NCBI RefSeq assembly: GCF_001194135.2
Contig: NC_068987.1
Span: forward strand, 48,668,603-48,717,128
From: Octopus bimaculoides
Taxonomy: Eukaryota
Direction of reading: 5' to 3'
Length of the DNA stretch: 48,526 bases
Part shown: positions 1 through 11,749 of the stretch, piece by piece
How the letters are laid out: each line of letters begins with the position of its first letter
How positions within the stretch are numbered: position 1 is the first letter of the stretch
Translations under genes and position numbers: made by a program
Notes under the pieces: model-generated
What the model saw: only the letters and a program-made list of their open reading frames with translations
What the model was told of the DNA's origin: nothing
Database searches by the model: none

Positions 1-1229
1 GCAGATGCGCAGGAGCAATAAACACTGAAAATGTGCAGAGAACAACTTCTGCCACATTCCAGGGAGAAAAACTAGAAGTAGTTGATAGCTTCTGTTACCT
101 AGCTCTTACCTCTGCTGGTGACAAAGGGCCTCTCGCTCAGAGTAAAAGGCAGACTGTATGACGCATGTGTACGAACAACCATGCTACATGGCAGTGAAAC
201 ATGGGCCGTACTGCTGAGGACATGCGTAAGCTCACAAGGAATGAAGCCAGTATGCTCCGATGGATGTGTAATGTCAGTGTGCATACTTGAGAGTGTACGT
301 ACCTTGAGAGAAAAGTTAGACCTAAGAAGCATCATTTGTGGTGTGCAAGAGAGATGATTGCACTGGTATGGTCATTTGGCAAGAATGGATGAGGATAGCT
401 GTGTGAAAAAGTGCAACAGCCTAGCGGGTGAGGGTACCTGTGGAAGAGGTAGACCCAGGAAGACCTGGGATGAGGTCTGAAGCACGACCTTTGAACATTA
501 GGCCTCACTGAGGCAATGACTAGTGACCAAGACCTTTGGAAATATGCTATGCGTGAGAAGACCCGGCAAAACAAGTGAGACCATAACCCGTGGCCTTTAC
601 CAGGGGTGTAGCCAGCCCACTTAAGTGTACCTTTCCTTCTTTGGACACAAAACCCTGCTTGCGAAGACCTGTGGAGGCAAGTGAAATCGAAATTGAAATC
701 GAAATTGAACCAAATTCGACGACTGGCACCCATGCCAACCTTCCTTCATTGGACACTAAACTCAGCTTGTGAAGACGTGTTGGGGAAAGTGAGATCGAAA
801 CTGAACCAAGTTTGATGACTGGCACCCGTGCCTGTGGAGCGCTAACAGCACCATCCGAGCGGTCTTGCTTCCGTGCCAGTGGCACGTAAAAAGCACCATT
901 TGAATGCGATCGTCTCCAGCTTCGCTTTACTGGCACTTGTGCCAGTGGCATGTGAACAAAACATTGGACTGATACCTGTGCAGGTGGCACGTAAAATGAC
1001 ACCATTTGTGCGTGGCCATTGCCAGTACCACTGGACTGGCCCTCGTGCCAGTGGCACGTAAAAAGCACCCACTACACTTTCGGAGTGGTTGGCGTTAGGA
1101 AGGGCATCCAGCTGTAGAAACTCTGCCAGATCAGATTGGAGTCTAGTGTAGCCATCTGGTTCGCCAGTCCCCAGTCTAATCGTCCAACCCATGCTAGCAT
1201 GGAAAGCGGACGTTAAATGATGACAATGA
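1..1229 (+). mobile_element. RTE-clade non-LTR retrotransposon, 3' part (RT C-terminus, 3' UTR, (GAT)n tail); decayed
   Basis: Frames give EKLEVVDSFCYL / LLVTKGLSLRVKGRLYDACVRTTMLHGSETW / LHWYGHLARMDEDSCVKKC, typical of the RTE RT C-terminal region. An internal deletion is seen relative to the copy at 36428. The UTR ends ...gcatggaaagcggacgttaaatgatgacaatgat. Confidence 0.9.
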
Positions 1230-1579
1230 TATATATGTGTATATATATATNNNNNNNNNNNNNNNNNNNNNNNNNNNNNNNNNNNNNNNNNNNNNNNNNN
1301 NNNNNNNNNNNNNNNNNNNNNNNNNNNNNNNNNNNNNNNNNNNNNNNNNNNNNNNNNNNNNNNNNNNNNNNNAATAGAAAAATGTTATAAAAACAAAATA
1401 GAAACTACACGTGGAAATGTAAGGGGAAAGTAAGCAGAAAAATAAGTGAAAAGGCACATTGAAAATCAAAAAAAGTAAAGGCTTTTTATTAAAAGTAACG
1501 ATAGATATATACAATTAGATGAACTGAGGTAGGAATAAAGGTAATAAAAGTCATTATTGTGAGTTGTTAAAGAGATTCA

Positions 1580-1618
1580 AAAGCACACCGGTTTCGTAAT
1601 ATTACTAATCATTGCTTT
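1580..1618 (-). ncRNA. Degenerate minimal type I hammerhead ribozyme motif (Penelope-associated type)
   Basis: Minus strand reads aaagca-ATGATTA-gtaatattac-GAAA-ccgg-TG-tgcttt. Stem I (aaagca/tgcttt), a short stem II and a palindromic stem III (accggt) are present. The core has 2 substitutions versus CUGAUGA and the cleavage-site base is G, so it is probably inactive. Confidence 0.55.
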
Positions 1619-1630
1619 ATATATATATAT

Positions 1631-3203
1631 AAGTTTTGATGTCACCAATCTCTATACTAATATACCTCACACTATAGGCCTAGAAGCAATCAAGCACTGG
1701 GTAGAGAAACACAGAGGACGGATAAATGAATGCTTCAAGACTAACTTCATCACGAAGGCCACATGCCTAGTACTAGTAGAAAATACCTTCAGATTCGACA
1801 ATAAAACATTGACAGATAAAGGGCATGGTTATGGGTACGTGGTTTGCACCCTCATATGCAAACTTAATTATGGGATACTTGGAAGAAAAACTTTATGAGG
1901 AAGTACAAAAAACTTTTGATCAGGAGTACAAGAAATATATCATTAAAAAGTGGAAACACTTCCTTGATGATTGCTTCATGTTCTGGGACAGATCGAACGA
2001 AGATCTAAGTATATTTAACAATATACTGAACACACTTCACCCATTCATCAAATTCATGACAGAATCCACTTGCAATGGATTACCATTTCTGCATATCCGC
2101 ATAAAAATACAGAACTCCACAGTCACAACAGACATATTTTACAAAAAACTGACACACACCAATATTTAAATTTCTACTCTTGCCATCCATCACACCTAAA
2201 AAAAGCATCCCATACAGCATGGCAAGACACATCTGTGTTATAGTGACTGACCCCAAAATACGTGAAATCCAACTCAACGAACTCAAAGGCTTCCTCACAA
2301 TGCAGAAATACCACTTAGGATTAATTAATGAGGGAATTAAAAAGGCAATGAAACTGAGCATCACCCAACTATGGACACCTAAGGAAAAAGTTAATGAAAA
2401 CACGATTCCATTCGTTAACACACACAGTCCTGGAATAACCAACATCTTTCACGTCATAAAATCGAACTTACCTATACTCCTACAAAGCCCCAAAATGAAA
2501 AATCTGATTGGAAAAAACACCTTACGGAAAAGTAGACACCAACCAAAAAATCTTTTAAAATATCTTACAAGGACAGAATTCAAATCAGAGAATGAATCAG
2601 AATTCTTAGTACAAGAATGTGGAGATAGATGTGGAACATGCAACAACTTCAAATACTTGGAAAGTGGTTCCCACGTAAAATTCAAGAGCAGATCCCTTTT
2701 CATAATAAATGTAGTTATGAACTGCAAAATGCAGACACTGCATTATCTGCCTAAACTGCAAAGAAAATTACATTGGCGAAACAAATAATTCCCTCTGCCA
2801 ACAAGCAAGAATCCACAGGTAACATATTTCACAAAAGGAATTATGCAAGATTCCATTAAGTAAGCATCTGGAAATATGCAGTGACAAAAAATTCAAAAAT
2901 TTTCCCCTTTACAAATGTGGGATGATCTGCAATACCGAAAAGCAATGGAACTAGATTTCATCAAAAACTTCTCTCCAAAATTGAATGTTTGAAAGAAAAG
3001 CGGAGACAGTACATTTTGTATTCTAAATATAATTCAAATTTCAGAAACATAATGCTCATCTCTGTAAATATTCAGATGTATATGTGTGACATTGAGATGT
3101 TCTGAGCTTTGCTTGTTTTTTCTAGTTTAACTACAAAAAATTCTCTCCAAAATTGAATGTTTGAAAAAAAGGGGAGACAGTACATTTTGTATTCTAAATA
3201 TAA
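1631..3203 (+). mobile_element. Penelope-like element (PLE), 5'-truncated: RT + GIY-YIG endonuclease, frameshifted
   Basis: RT motifs SFDVTNLYTNIPH, QIKGMVMGTWFAPSYANLIMG, WKHFLDDCF and LPFL; then YSCHPSHLKKSIPYSMA, a Cys linker (CGDRCGTC), a GIY-YIG-type YIGET and KHLE, ending FSPKLNV* (stop about 2990). Several frameshifts. Confidence 0.9.
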
Positions 3204-4002
3204 CTAAGAAAAGAAAAAGAAAGAAAGAAAGAGAAAAGAAGAAGGAAAGAGGAAGCAAAAAGACTTTCAGTGATGACCACACCTCACTTGTTCTTTTTTT
3301 GAAGAGGTCACCATCCTNNNNNNNNNNNNNNNNNNNNNNNNNNNNNNNNNNNNNNNNNNNNNNNNNNNNNNNNNNNNNNNNNNNNNNNNNNNNNNNNNNN
3401 NNNNNNNNNNNNNNNNNNNNNNNNNNNNNNNNNNNNNNNNNNNNNNNNNNNNNNNNNNNNNNNNNNNNNNNNNNNNNNNNNNNNNNNNNNNNNNNNNNNN
3501 NNNNNNNNNNNNNNNNNNNNNNNNNNNNNNNNNNNNNNNNNNNNNNNNNNNNNNNNNNNNNNNNNNNNNNNNNNNNNNNNNNNNNNNNNNNNNNNNNNNN
3601 NNNNNNNNNNNNNNNNNNNNNNNNNNNNNNNNNNNNNNNNNNNNNNNNNNNNNNNNNNNNNNNNNNNNNNNNNNNNNNNNNNNNNNNNNNNNNNNNNNNN
3701 NNNNNNNNNNNNNNNNNNNNNNNNNNNNNNNNNNNNNNNNNNNNNNNNNNNNNNNNNNNNNNNNNNNNNNNNNNNNNNNNNNNNNNNNNNNNNNNNNNNN
3801 NNNNNNNNNNNNNNNNNNNNNNNNNNNNNNNNNNNNNNNNNNNNNNNNNNNNNNNNNNNNNNNNNNNNNNNNNNNNNNNNNNNNNNNNNNNNNNNNNNNN
3901 NNNNNNNNNNNNATATATGTATATATATATATATACACATACATATGTATATATATATATGTATATATATACATGTATATATATACATATATATATGTAT
4001 AT

Positions 4003-4200
4003 ATCATCATCATCATCATTGATTAACGTCCGTTTTCCATGCTGGCATGGGTTGGACGGTTTGACTGAAGTCTGAAGAGCCAGTGGCTGCACCAGGCTCC
4101 AATGTGGTCCAGTTTCTACAGCTGGATGCCCTTCCTAACGCCAACCACTCCGAGAGTGTAGTGGGTGCATTTTTTTTTATGTGCCACACCGGCACAGGAG
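4003..4200 (-). mobile_element. RTE LINE 3' tail fragment
   Basis: (ATC)n followed by ttaacgtccgttttccatgctggcatggg...gctggatgcccttcctaacgccaaccactccgagagtgtagtgggtg, the reverse complement of 1070-1229. Confidence 0.85.
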
Positions 4201-4457
4201 CTATATATGTGTATATATATGTGTGTGCGTGTGTGTGTGTGTGTGTATGTGTGTGTGTGTGTTTGTACCCCACCCCACCATTGCTTGACAACCGATGTTG
4301 CTGTGTTTACGTCCCCGTAACTTAGCCGTTTGGAAAAACAAACTGATAGAATAAGTACTAGGCATACAAAGAATAAATCCTAGGTTCAATTTCTTTCACT
4401 AAAGGTAGTGCTCCAGCATGGCCACTGTCACATGATGGAAACAAGTAAAACAATAAA

Positions 4458-4503
4458 AAACTATGCTATTTTAATCCCGAGCAATGCCAGGTATTTCTGC
4501 TTG
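4458..4503 (+). mobile_element. Helitron-like 3' terminus (subterminal hairpin + degenerate CTAG)
   Basis: aaactatgctattttaatcccgagcaatgccaggtatttctgcttg|t is near-identical to 27030-27076, where the hairpin and CTAG|T are intact. Confidence 0.6.
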
Positions 4504-4581
4504 TACATATATATATATATATATAAAATAGTGTACATTTAAATACAAGAGAAAACTATCTGTTGAAGGCAGTTTTCTCTT

Positions 4582-4663
4582 GTGCACTATTTTAATGTAC
4601 ACTATTTTATATTGTACACTATTTTATATTGTGCACTATTTTATATGTACACTATTGTATATT
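4582..4663 (+). repeat. Minisatellite, 15-17 bp unit gt(a/g)cactattttatatt, about 5 copies
   Basis: Direct reading of tandem units. Confidence 0.85.
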
Positions 4664-4761
4664 GAGAATATGTTGTCTATTGACTTTTTATACATGCTAG
4701 GCCACTGGTAGTGAAATTTCTAAAAAAAACTCACTACCCTATATATATTACATATATATAC

Positions 4762-4811
<50 letters not shown>

Positions 4812-4813
<2 letters not shown>

Positions 4814-7100
4814 CATTATCATCATCATCATTGTTTAACGTCCACTTTCCATGCTAGCATGGGTTGGACAATTTGACTGAGGACTGGTCAACCGGATGGC
4901 TGCACCAGGCTCCAATCTGATCTGGCAGAGTTTCTACAGCTGGATGCCCTTCCTAACGCCAACCACTCCGAGAGTGTAGTGGGTNNNNNNNNNNNNNNNN
5001 NNNNNNNNNNNNNNNNNNNNNNNNNNNNNNNNNNNNNNNNNNNNNNNNNNNNNNNNNNNNNNNNNNNNNNNNNNNNNNNNNNNNNNNNNNNNNTTTTACG
5101 TGCCTAAAGTTCGAAGGTCGTGCTTCATCCCCTCATCCCAGGTTTTCCTGGGTCTACCTCTTCCACAGGTTCCCTCAACTGCTAGGCTGTGGCACTTTTT
5201 CACACAGCTATCCTCATCTATTCTTGCCACATGACCATACCAACGCAATCATCGCTCTTGCACACTACAACTGATGCTTCTTAGGTCTAACTTTTCTCTC
5301 AAGGTACTTACACTCTGTCGAGTATGCACACTAGCATTACACATCCATCAGAGCATACTTGTTTCGTTTCTTGCAAGCTTACGCATGTCCTCAGCAGTCA
5401 CAGCCAATGTTTCACTGCCATGTAGCATGACGGTTCGTACACATGCATCATACAGTGTGCCTTTTACTCTGAGCAAGAGGCCCTTTGTTACCAGCAGAGG
5501 TAAGATCTCTCTGAACTTTGCCCAGGCTCTTCTTATTCTAGCAGCTACACTTTCAGCGCACCCACCCCCACTACTAACTTGGTCACCTAGATAGTGGAAG
5601 CTATCAACTACTTCTAGTTTTTCTTCCTGGAATGTGGCAAAGGTTGTTTTTTGCACATTTTCAGTGTTTATTGCTCCTGCGCATCTGCCACATACAAAAG
5701 TTATCTTCCTAGTTAGCCTTCCTTTGATATTGCTGCACCTCTTATGTGTCCATAGCTTACACAGGGTACAACTTATGGAGTGTCTACCTACACCTTTTCT
5801 ACAGATCGAGCAACACCATCTACCCGAAGGGGTTTGTGTTTTGTCTACCTTCTTATTAGGACTTTGGTTTTAGCTAGGTTGATTCTAAGGCCCTTTGATT
5901 CTAGTCCTTGCTGCCACACCTGAAACTTCTCTAGTTCTGATAGTGACTCAGTAATTAGAGCAAGGTCATCAGCATAGAGGAGCTCCCAGAGGTATCCTGT
6001 CTTGAATTCCTGTGTTATTGCCTGGAGGACTATGATAAATAGGAGGGGGCTGAGGACTGAACCTTGGTGGGCCCCTACCTCTACCTGGAAATTCTTCACT
6101 GTACTCATTGTCAACCCTCACCTTACTGACAAAGTCCCTGTACATGGTTTGCACAGCTCTCACTAACCATTCATCTATCCCTAGTTTCCTTATTGACCAC
6201 CAGATAAGGGAGTGGGGGACCCTGTCAAAGGCTTTCTCCATGTCAAAGAAAGCCAGATACAGAGGTTTACTTTTGGATAGGTATTTCTCCTGCAGCTGTC
6301 TTACCAGAAATATAGCATCAATGGTGCTTTTCCCTGGAACGAACCGAAACTGCATCTCATCTAAGCTGACTTTCTCCCTAATTAGTTGGTCTATGACCCT
6401 CTCAGTGACCTTCATTACCTTGTCTAACAACTTGATACCTCTGTAATTGTTTGTGTCTAAAGCGTCACCTTTACCTTTGTAGCAGTTGACTATGGTGTTA
6501 CTACACCTGTCATTGGGTATGACTCCTTTGTGTATCACCTGGTTAACTATAAGGGTGACTAGGCTATAGACGACACTGCCAGATATTTTGAGCATCTCTG
6601 CAGTGATTCCTGATGGGCCGGGGGCTTTCCCTGTCTTCATACTCTTGATCGCTTTATCTACCAAGGTACTGTCATTTAGAATGGCTGGTCCCTTTGTTGG
6701 GTTGACATGTGGCAGACTCTCTTCCTCCCATTCATTCTCTTTATTCAGCAACCTTTCATGGTGGCATCTCCAAACCTCTCTCTTTGCAGCCTCATTTAGT
6801 GCAAGTGAGCCATCATCCATGTGGACACATTTCTTTCCTACGACATCACGATTCTCTCTCACACACTGTCTTGCAACATGAAATGCTTCATGTCTTTGGT
6901 CCTCATGGCACAGAACATTGGCATTTTTTCTTATCTACTTCCCCTCTGGCTAAATAAGCCTGTCTCCTAGCTTCCCTTCTGACAGTGTGATACAATTCCC
7001 TGCTACTTCTGTTCTTCCAAGCCTGTTTCTTTTGTCTAATAGCCCTGTCAACCACATTGTTCCACCACCAAGTTACTTTGGGTCGAGAGGGGACTAAGTC
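4812..7100 (-). mobile_element. RTE-clade LINE, 5'-truncated, RT domain through 3' tail (spans gap 4985-5093); frameshifted
   Basis: ORF 5969-6862 contains KTGKAPGPSGI, NYRGIKLL and LYLAFFDMEKAFDRVP. Downstream frames give HQGSVLSPLLF, LLYADDLAL and LHGSET. The (ATC)n tail is at 4812-4831. Confidence 0.93.
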
Positions 7101-7260
7101 CAGGTATGAATGTATGATTAAGAAGCTTTCTTTACAAACATGTGGGTTTAGGTTCAGTGTCATTGTATGGCACCTTGGGCAATTGTCCTGTACTATAACC
7201 TTGGGTTGACCAATGCCTTGTGAGTAAATTTTGTTGACAGACACTGCATGGAACCCTATC
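7101..7260 (+). repeat. tRNA-derived SINE (family A) 5' half
   Basis: B-box-like ggttcagtgtc, then ggcaccttgggcaa...gccttgtgagtaaattt...; homologous to 25576-25862 and 10115-10200. Confidence 0.6.
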
Positions 7261-8351
7261 ATATATATATGTATATGAGTGTGTGTGTGTGTAAGTATGT
7301 TTCTGTATACATACATATATATATATGTGTGTGTGTGTACATGTGAATAATAGTTAGTAAAACCACATATGTTGTCTATGCAGTATAATATATGTTTGGT
7401 ATACTCAATCCATTTAGTTCTACTATTTTTCATATAATAATTTTTATTACTTTATCTTAACTTTTGGTTGTAGGTATGTTCAACTCAATGTATTCAGCAT
7501 TCATGTACTAAAAACACTATATTTAAAAGAAGCATGCTTTTATCCCTAGTGTACACTCAGTATTAACTAGTCATATGAACTGATTACAGTCTATATAAAC
7601 ACACTCCCACACACACAATTATGTATGTTCATGCATACATCATACACACACACACACATATATCAAAAGGATGTGTTATAATACTATTCCACAGCCATAC
7701 CAGCAATCCAACATACCTCTATCATCAGCTGCCCCACAGATATCATTATGGTTTCAACACCTGGGCAGTACCATTCAATCCGATGGTGTCAACAGTACTA
7801 AAATAAGTGTTGTTTGGGAATAAACAAACAAACCAAAGAAACCACAACTTTCAAACACATTTACTCATTGTACAACCGTATCAATAAATATTCCATAGGT
7901 AAATTACAACCCCTCCTAAATATGTAACTAAACAGTGACAACTCTATTAAGTCATAAAAGATTATAATCCCTACCATCTTCCATAGTGTAATGTAAAAGT
8001 AAAGCTTAACCACATTATTTCAATCAGTCAATATATAGGCAGGGTTAAACACTAACCTTACTAAAACTACAAGAGAAATTAAACCAATGTACATTGTATC
8101 GGTATTAATAATAAACTGCAATAAATAAATTATTTGCTAAATTGCGATCCATCTTAAAATTCATGTAAACAATAATCCCACCGGTCTTCTATAGGTATTA
8201 CTACAATGAAAGTTCAAACGTTATAAAATTTTTCCTAAAACAAAACACGAATGAAATTAATTTAACTAATATTTTTATGAATGAAATACATTATTTCATC
8301 ATTATATATATATTATCGGCATATACATAGTCTGATCAATAAGTATTCGGA

Positions 8352-8692
8352 CTGTTGCTATAGTAATGAAATCATAGTTGCTAGAATAAGAATGGGTTGG
8401 GCAAAGTTCAGAGAGCTACTATCTTTGTTGGTAACAAAGGGCCTCTCCCTCAGAGTGAAAGGTAGATTGTATGATGCCTGTTTACAAACAGCTTATGTTA
8501 CATGACAGTGAAACTGGGACTGTGACTGCAGAGGACATGCAAAGTCTCAAAAGAAATGAAGCCAGTACACTCTGCTGCATGGGTAATGTCAGTGTGCATT
8601 TACAGCAGAGTATAAATGATTTAAGAGAAAAATTGGATACAAGAGGCATCAGATGTAGTGTGCAGGAGAGAAGACTGCACTGGTATGGTCAG
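8352..8692 (+). mobile_element. RTE LINE RT C-terminal fragment (older, diverged)
   Basis: IVARIRMGWAKFRELLSLLVTKGLSLRVKGRLYDAC...LREKLDTRGIRCSVQERRLHWYG; same family as 1-1229. Confidence 0.85.
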
Positions 8693-8984
8693 CCTCACAG
8701 AGATGTGAAGGGGCCAAGACTTCTGGCAATTTGCTGTGCTTGAGACAATATATTAAGCTAAGTAAAATTGTGGCCATCTATACAGGTATGTCCTTTGTGA
8801 GCATGCCCAACCTCACATTCACACTTGTAATCTGTCCTTTGTAAAAACTTGCCCACAAGCCATCTTCTCAACACCACTCTATCACCACCCATGATCACCA
8901 TCTGCTGTACCCTCCACTCTCCCTCATGTGCCTATCTGCATAAACTCTCAGAAAAGAATTGCTTGGACCAGTATTCCATTTGTG

Positions 8985-9685
8985 ATATGCTTTTGAAATG
9001 GAATGAAAGCATACTTTTTTTTAAACAACTTGTGACTGAGATGAAAATGGAGTATGTACAAAAATGTAGTGCATAAAAAGATCTTGGAGTTTGCATAAAG
9101 ATCTCCCAAAACAGTAACCAAAGACAAATATCCATGCCAAAAAAAGCTATGCTTTGTGTTTGGTGGAATCATAAAGGCATCATTTATTATGAGCTCTCAC
9201 AAAACCAAACCCTTAATTTTGATGCGTACTGTTGTCAGCTACTAATTTGAACCAAAAAAATCAAAGAATTGAGGTTGGAGATTACCAACAGGAAAGGTGT
9301 AGTGTTCCAAGAAGACAGTGCCTGACCACATGTGTCTTTGGCTACCCGAACAAAGTTAAATGAACTTTGCTGGGGTTTCTTACCCCATCCACCATATTCT
9401 CCTGATATTGCACCATCCAACTACCACTTGCTTTTGTCTCTACAGAACTCATTACAAGGAAAAACATTTAATGATTCAGATGAAGTCAAAATACATGTAG
9501 ATAACTTCTTTTTTTTCGAAACCCAGTCAAATTTTATGCTGATGGAATATTTAAATTGCCTGATAGAGATGCAAAGGTCATTAATAATAATGGAAATTAT
9601 TTCATTGAATAAAATTTGTTGAAAGGTTAATTATTGATATCCCTTTTCGGATATTAAAAAATGCTCAACTTTCTGAACAACCTAA
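8985..9685 (+). mobile_element. Mariner (DD34D-type) transposon 3' half with right TIR; decayed
   Basis: KAMLCVWWNHKGIIYYEL, VVFQEDSA, LPHPPYSPDIAPSNYHL (YSPDLAP-D motif mutated). Ends aactttctgaacaacctaa|ta, the reverse complement of a TTAGGTTG.. mariner TIR followed by TA. Confidence 0.9.
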
Positions 9686-10114
9686 TATATAAATATGTAG
9701 TATATTTATAAATAATGTAATTATATTTAGAGGTACTATTGACAAATAGTTTAGCATAGAGACATATATCAATATACTTTTATTGGTTTCCCCTATGTTA
9801 TATGTTCTTTGGTAGATAGATCCTGGCCAGATACCAAACTCTACTTCTTCAGTAGAAGGGAACATTTTTTTTTTTTACCATAGGTATAGCAAAATCCTAA
9901 TTGTGAGGCAATGCAGTACTCTTCTATTTTGCAGAGTAGTAACAATTGGCTAAAGTAGTGAAATACACTACACTGAAGTACCTACTTGAGAGTTATTGTC
10001 AAAGTCGTTGAGAGTTAAGTGTTTTAGACCACAGATACAAGTACCGTTAGCAAAATATGAGCCACCAATTTTTGTGCTGGTTGGCTAATATCTATTGACT
10101 TGGCTATGCGTTTT

Positions 10115-10476
10115 CAACTATAGCATCAGGCTAACCAAAGCCTTGTGAGTAAATTTGGTAGATAGAAACTGAAAGAAGCCCATTGTATATGTATATTCAT
10201 GTGTGTGTGTGTGTGTGTGTGTGAGTGTGTGTGTGTGTACACTTCTCTTGACTTCACAAAATGAATGTCAGAATCATACAAGTGATGTTCATTTCCAGCC
10301 TCTTGTGAAAAAGATAGCTGGCCATAGGGAAATATTATTTTGCTTTGAAACAAGTGAGGATTGGTGATAGGAAGGGCATCTGACTGTAGAAAATATGCTT
10401 TAACAAATTCTCTTTGATCCATGCAAGCATGAAAAGGTGGCCATTAAAATAATGTTGCTGCTGCTGATGATGATGT
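10115..10476 (+). repeat. SINE family A: body, central (TG)n, and RTE-like tail
   Basis: actatagc...aaagccttgtgagtaaatttggtagatagaaactgaaagaagccc, then (TG)n, then ggtgataggaagggcatctgactgtagaaa...gcatgaaaaggtggccattaaaa...gatgatgatg. Confidence 0.7.
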
Positions 10477-10559
10477 ATTTTGTAGCTATTTCCTGTTCCT
10501 TTATAGCAAATGCATCTCTTTGAAAGTTAGAATTAATATCCTCATTGTTAGTCTGGGAT

Positions 10560-11450
10560 AGACTACTCTATGGTGATCAATATTGCTGTCACTTTGAAGT
10601 CTTTTTTTTTTTTGTTATGTATGTAGGCTCTCTTTTGGTGACCTTTTGCAGTAGACTTGTGCAACCTCTCTAGCTGTATATCCTCGGTCATTGGCCAGGA
10701 AATACTTTTTAAGAAGCTTTTTTTTTTTCCAATCCCCATCTATGCAGAGTTGATTCATGGTAGGACTTCAACATTTGGTGGTTAGATGCTGTTGATAAGA
10801 CATTCAAATCTGTTTAGATTGATATTGGTTTCAAATTTTGGCACAAGGCAAGCAACTTTAGGGGAAGAATAAGTCGATTATATCAACCCCAGTACTCAAC
10901 TGTTACTTATTTTATTAACCCTGAAAGGAGGAAAAGCAAAGTTGATCTTGGCAGAATTTGAATTCAGAATATAAGGACAGATGAAATGCCAGTAAGCATT
11001 TTGCCCAGAACGCTAATGGTTCTGCGAGCTTTCTACCTTCATGATTGGATTGATACTAAGCCTTTACTGCCTTGTTTTTATTTTAAGCAAAGATGGTCTA
11101 CATGACTGTTGATCTGGAAATTCTTCATATGCATTAACAATTTTTGCGCTTTGACATCAATAGCCGGGATCTCATCTAGCATATAGTTGAATAGCCCAAA
11201 TGTTTGTGTGAGTACTGGTATGACAAACTCTTTGTGGGCTATTAGTTTATGGCATGCAGAAAGTTCTGAGATTGTGTTTTCTTTATTCTGGTATTATGGT
11301 CACTGGTTGCAAGCTACTAGATGTTCCATCATCAGAAATCATTTTCATTTATTCCACAGTACCTGTAGATATTGGAGAAATATTCAGGCAATGAAAAGTA
11401 ATATTACTTGAAAGGCTTATAATTTTCCCTTGCTTGACAACACGTAATAA
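10560..11450 (-). mobile_element. R4/Dong-like (RLE) non-LTR retrotransposon fragment, RT thumb region, interrupted by a SINE
   Basis: Minus strand: ELSACHKLIAHKEFVIPVLTQTFGLFNYMLDEIPAIDVKAQKLLMHMKNFQINSHVDHLCLK*KQGSKGLVSI; homologous to 12700-12900. Confidence 0.65.
10828..11040 (-). repeat. tRNA-derived SINE (family B)
   Basis: Minus strand: tRNA-like head, gaattcaaattctgccaagatcaactttgc, then aaataagtaacagttgagtactggggttgatataatcgactta; homologous to 22203-22440, 24585-24770 and 48288-48505. Confidence 0.75.
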
Positions 11451-11749
11451 TATTTATCTTGGTTAGACTCTGTTATGTGTAGATGGGTGTCCTGGGTATG
11501 ACTTTAAACTGTATCCTGTAGTGGAGCCCTGGTTCAGGAATTGTAGGGTTTTGAGGAGTGTGGAGCCACCTCCTAGTCTCTATTGTTCTTAGGTCTACTC
11601 TGATCCAGAACAGTAGCACCTGTCAGGCTATGTGTTAACTAGCATATGTGATGACTGAGTTAAAATGTTCTGGTAATTATATAAACTATGTGAACCCTAT
11701 TCCTGAGAAGGGCATAAAAGAGTCTCTTTTGTGTGACCAGTCTGGTTGT

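Noticed and set aside
873-1063. Palindromic repeats with spacers, superficially CRISPR-like
   Set aside because: Irregular spacing, eukaryotic LINE 3' UTR context and no cas genes.
9665-9865. Minus-strand ORF with NIGET, resembling a GIY-YIG motif or a host exon
   Set aside because: Single short motif, weak splice signals and no supporting context.
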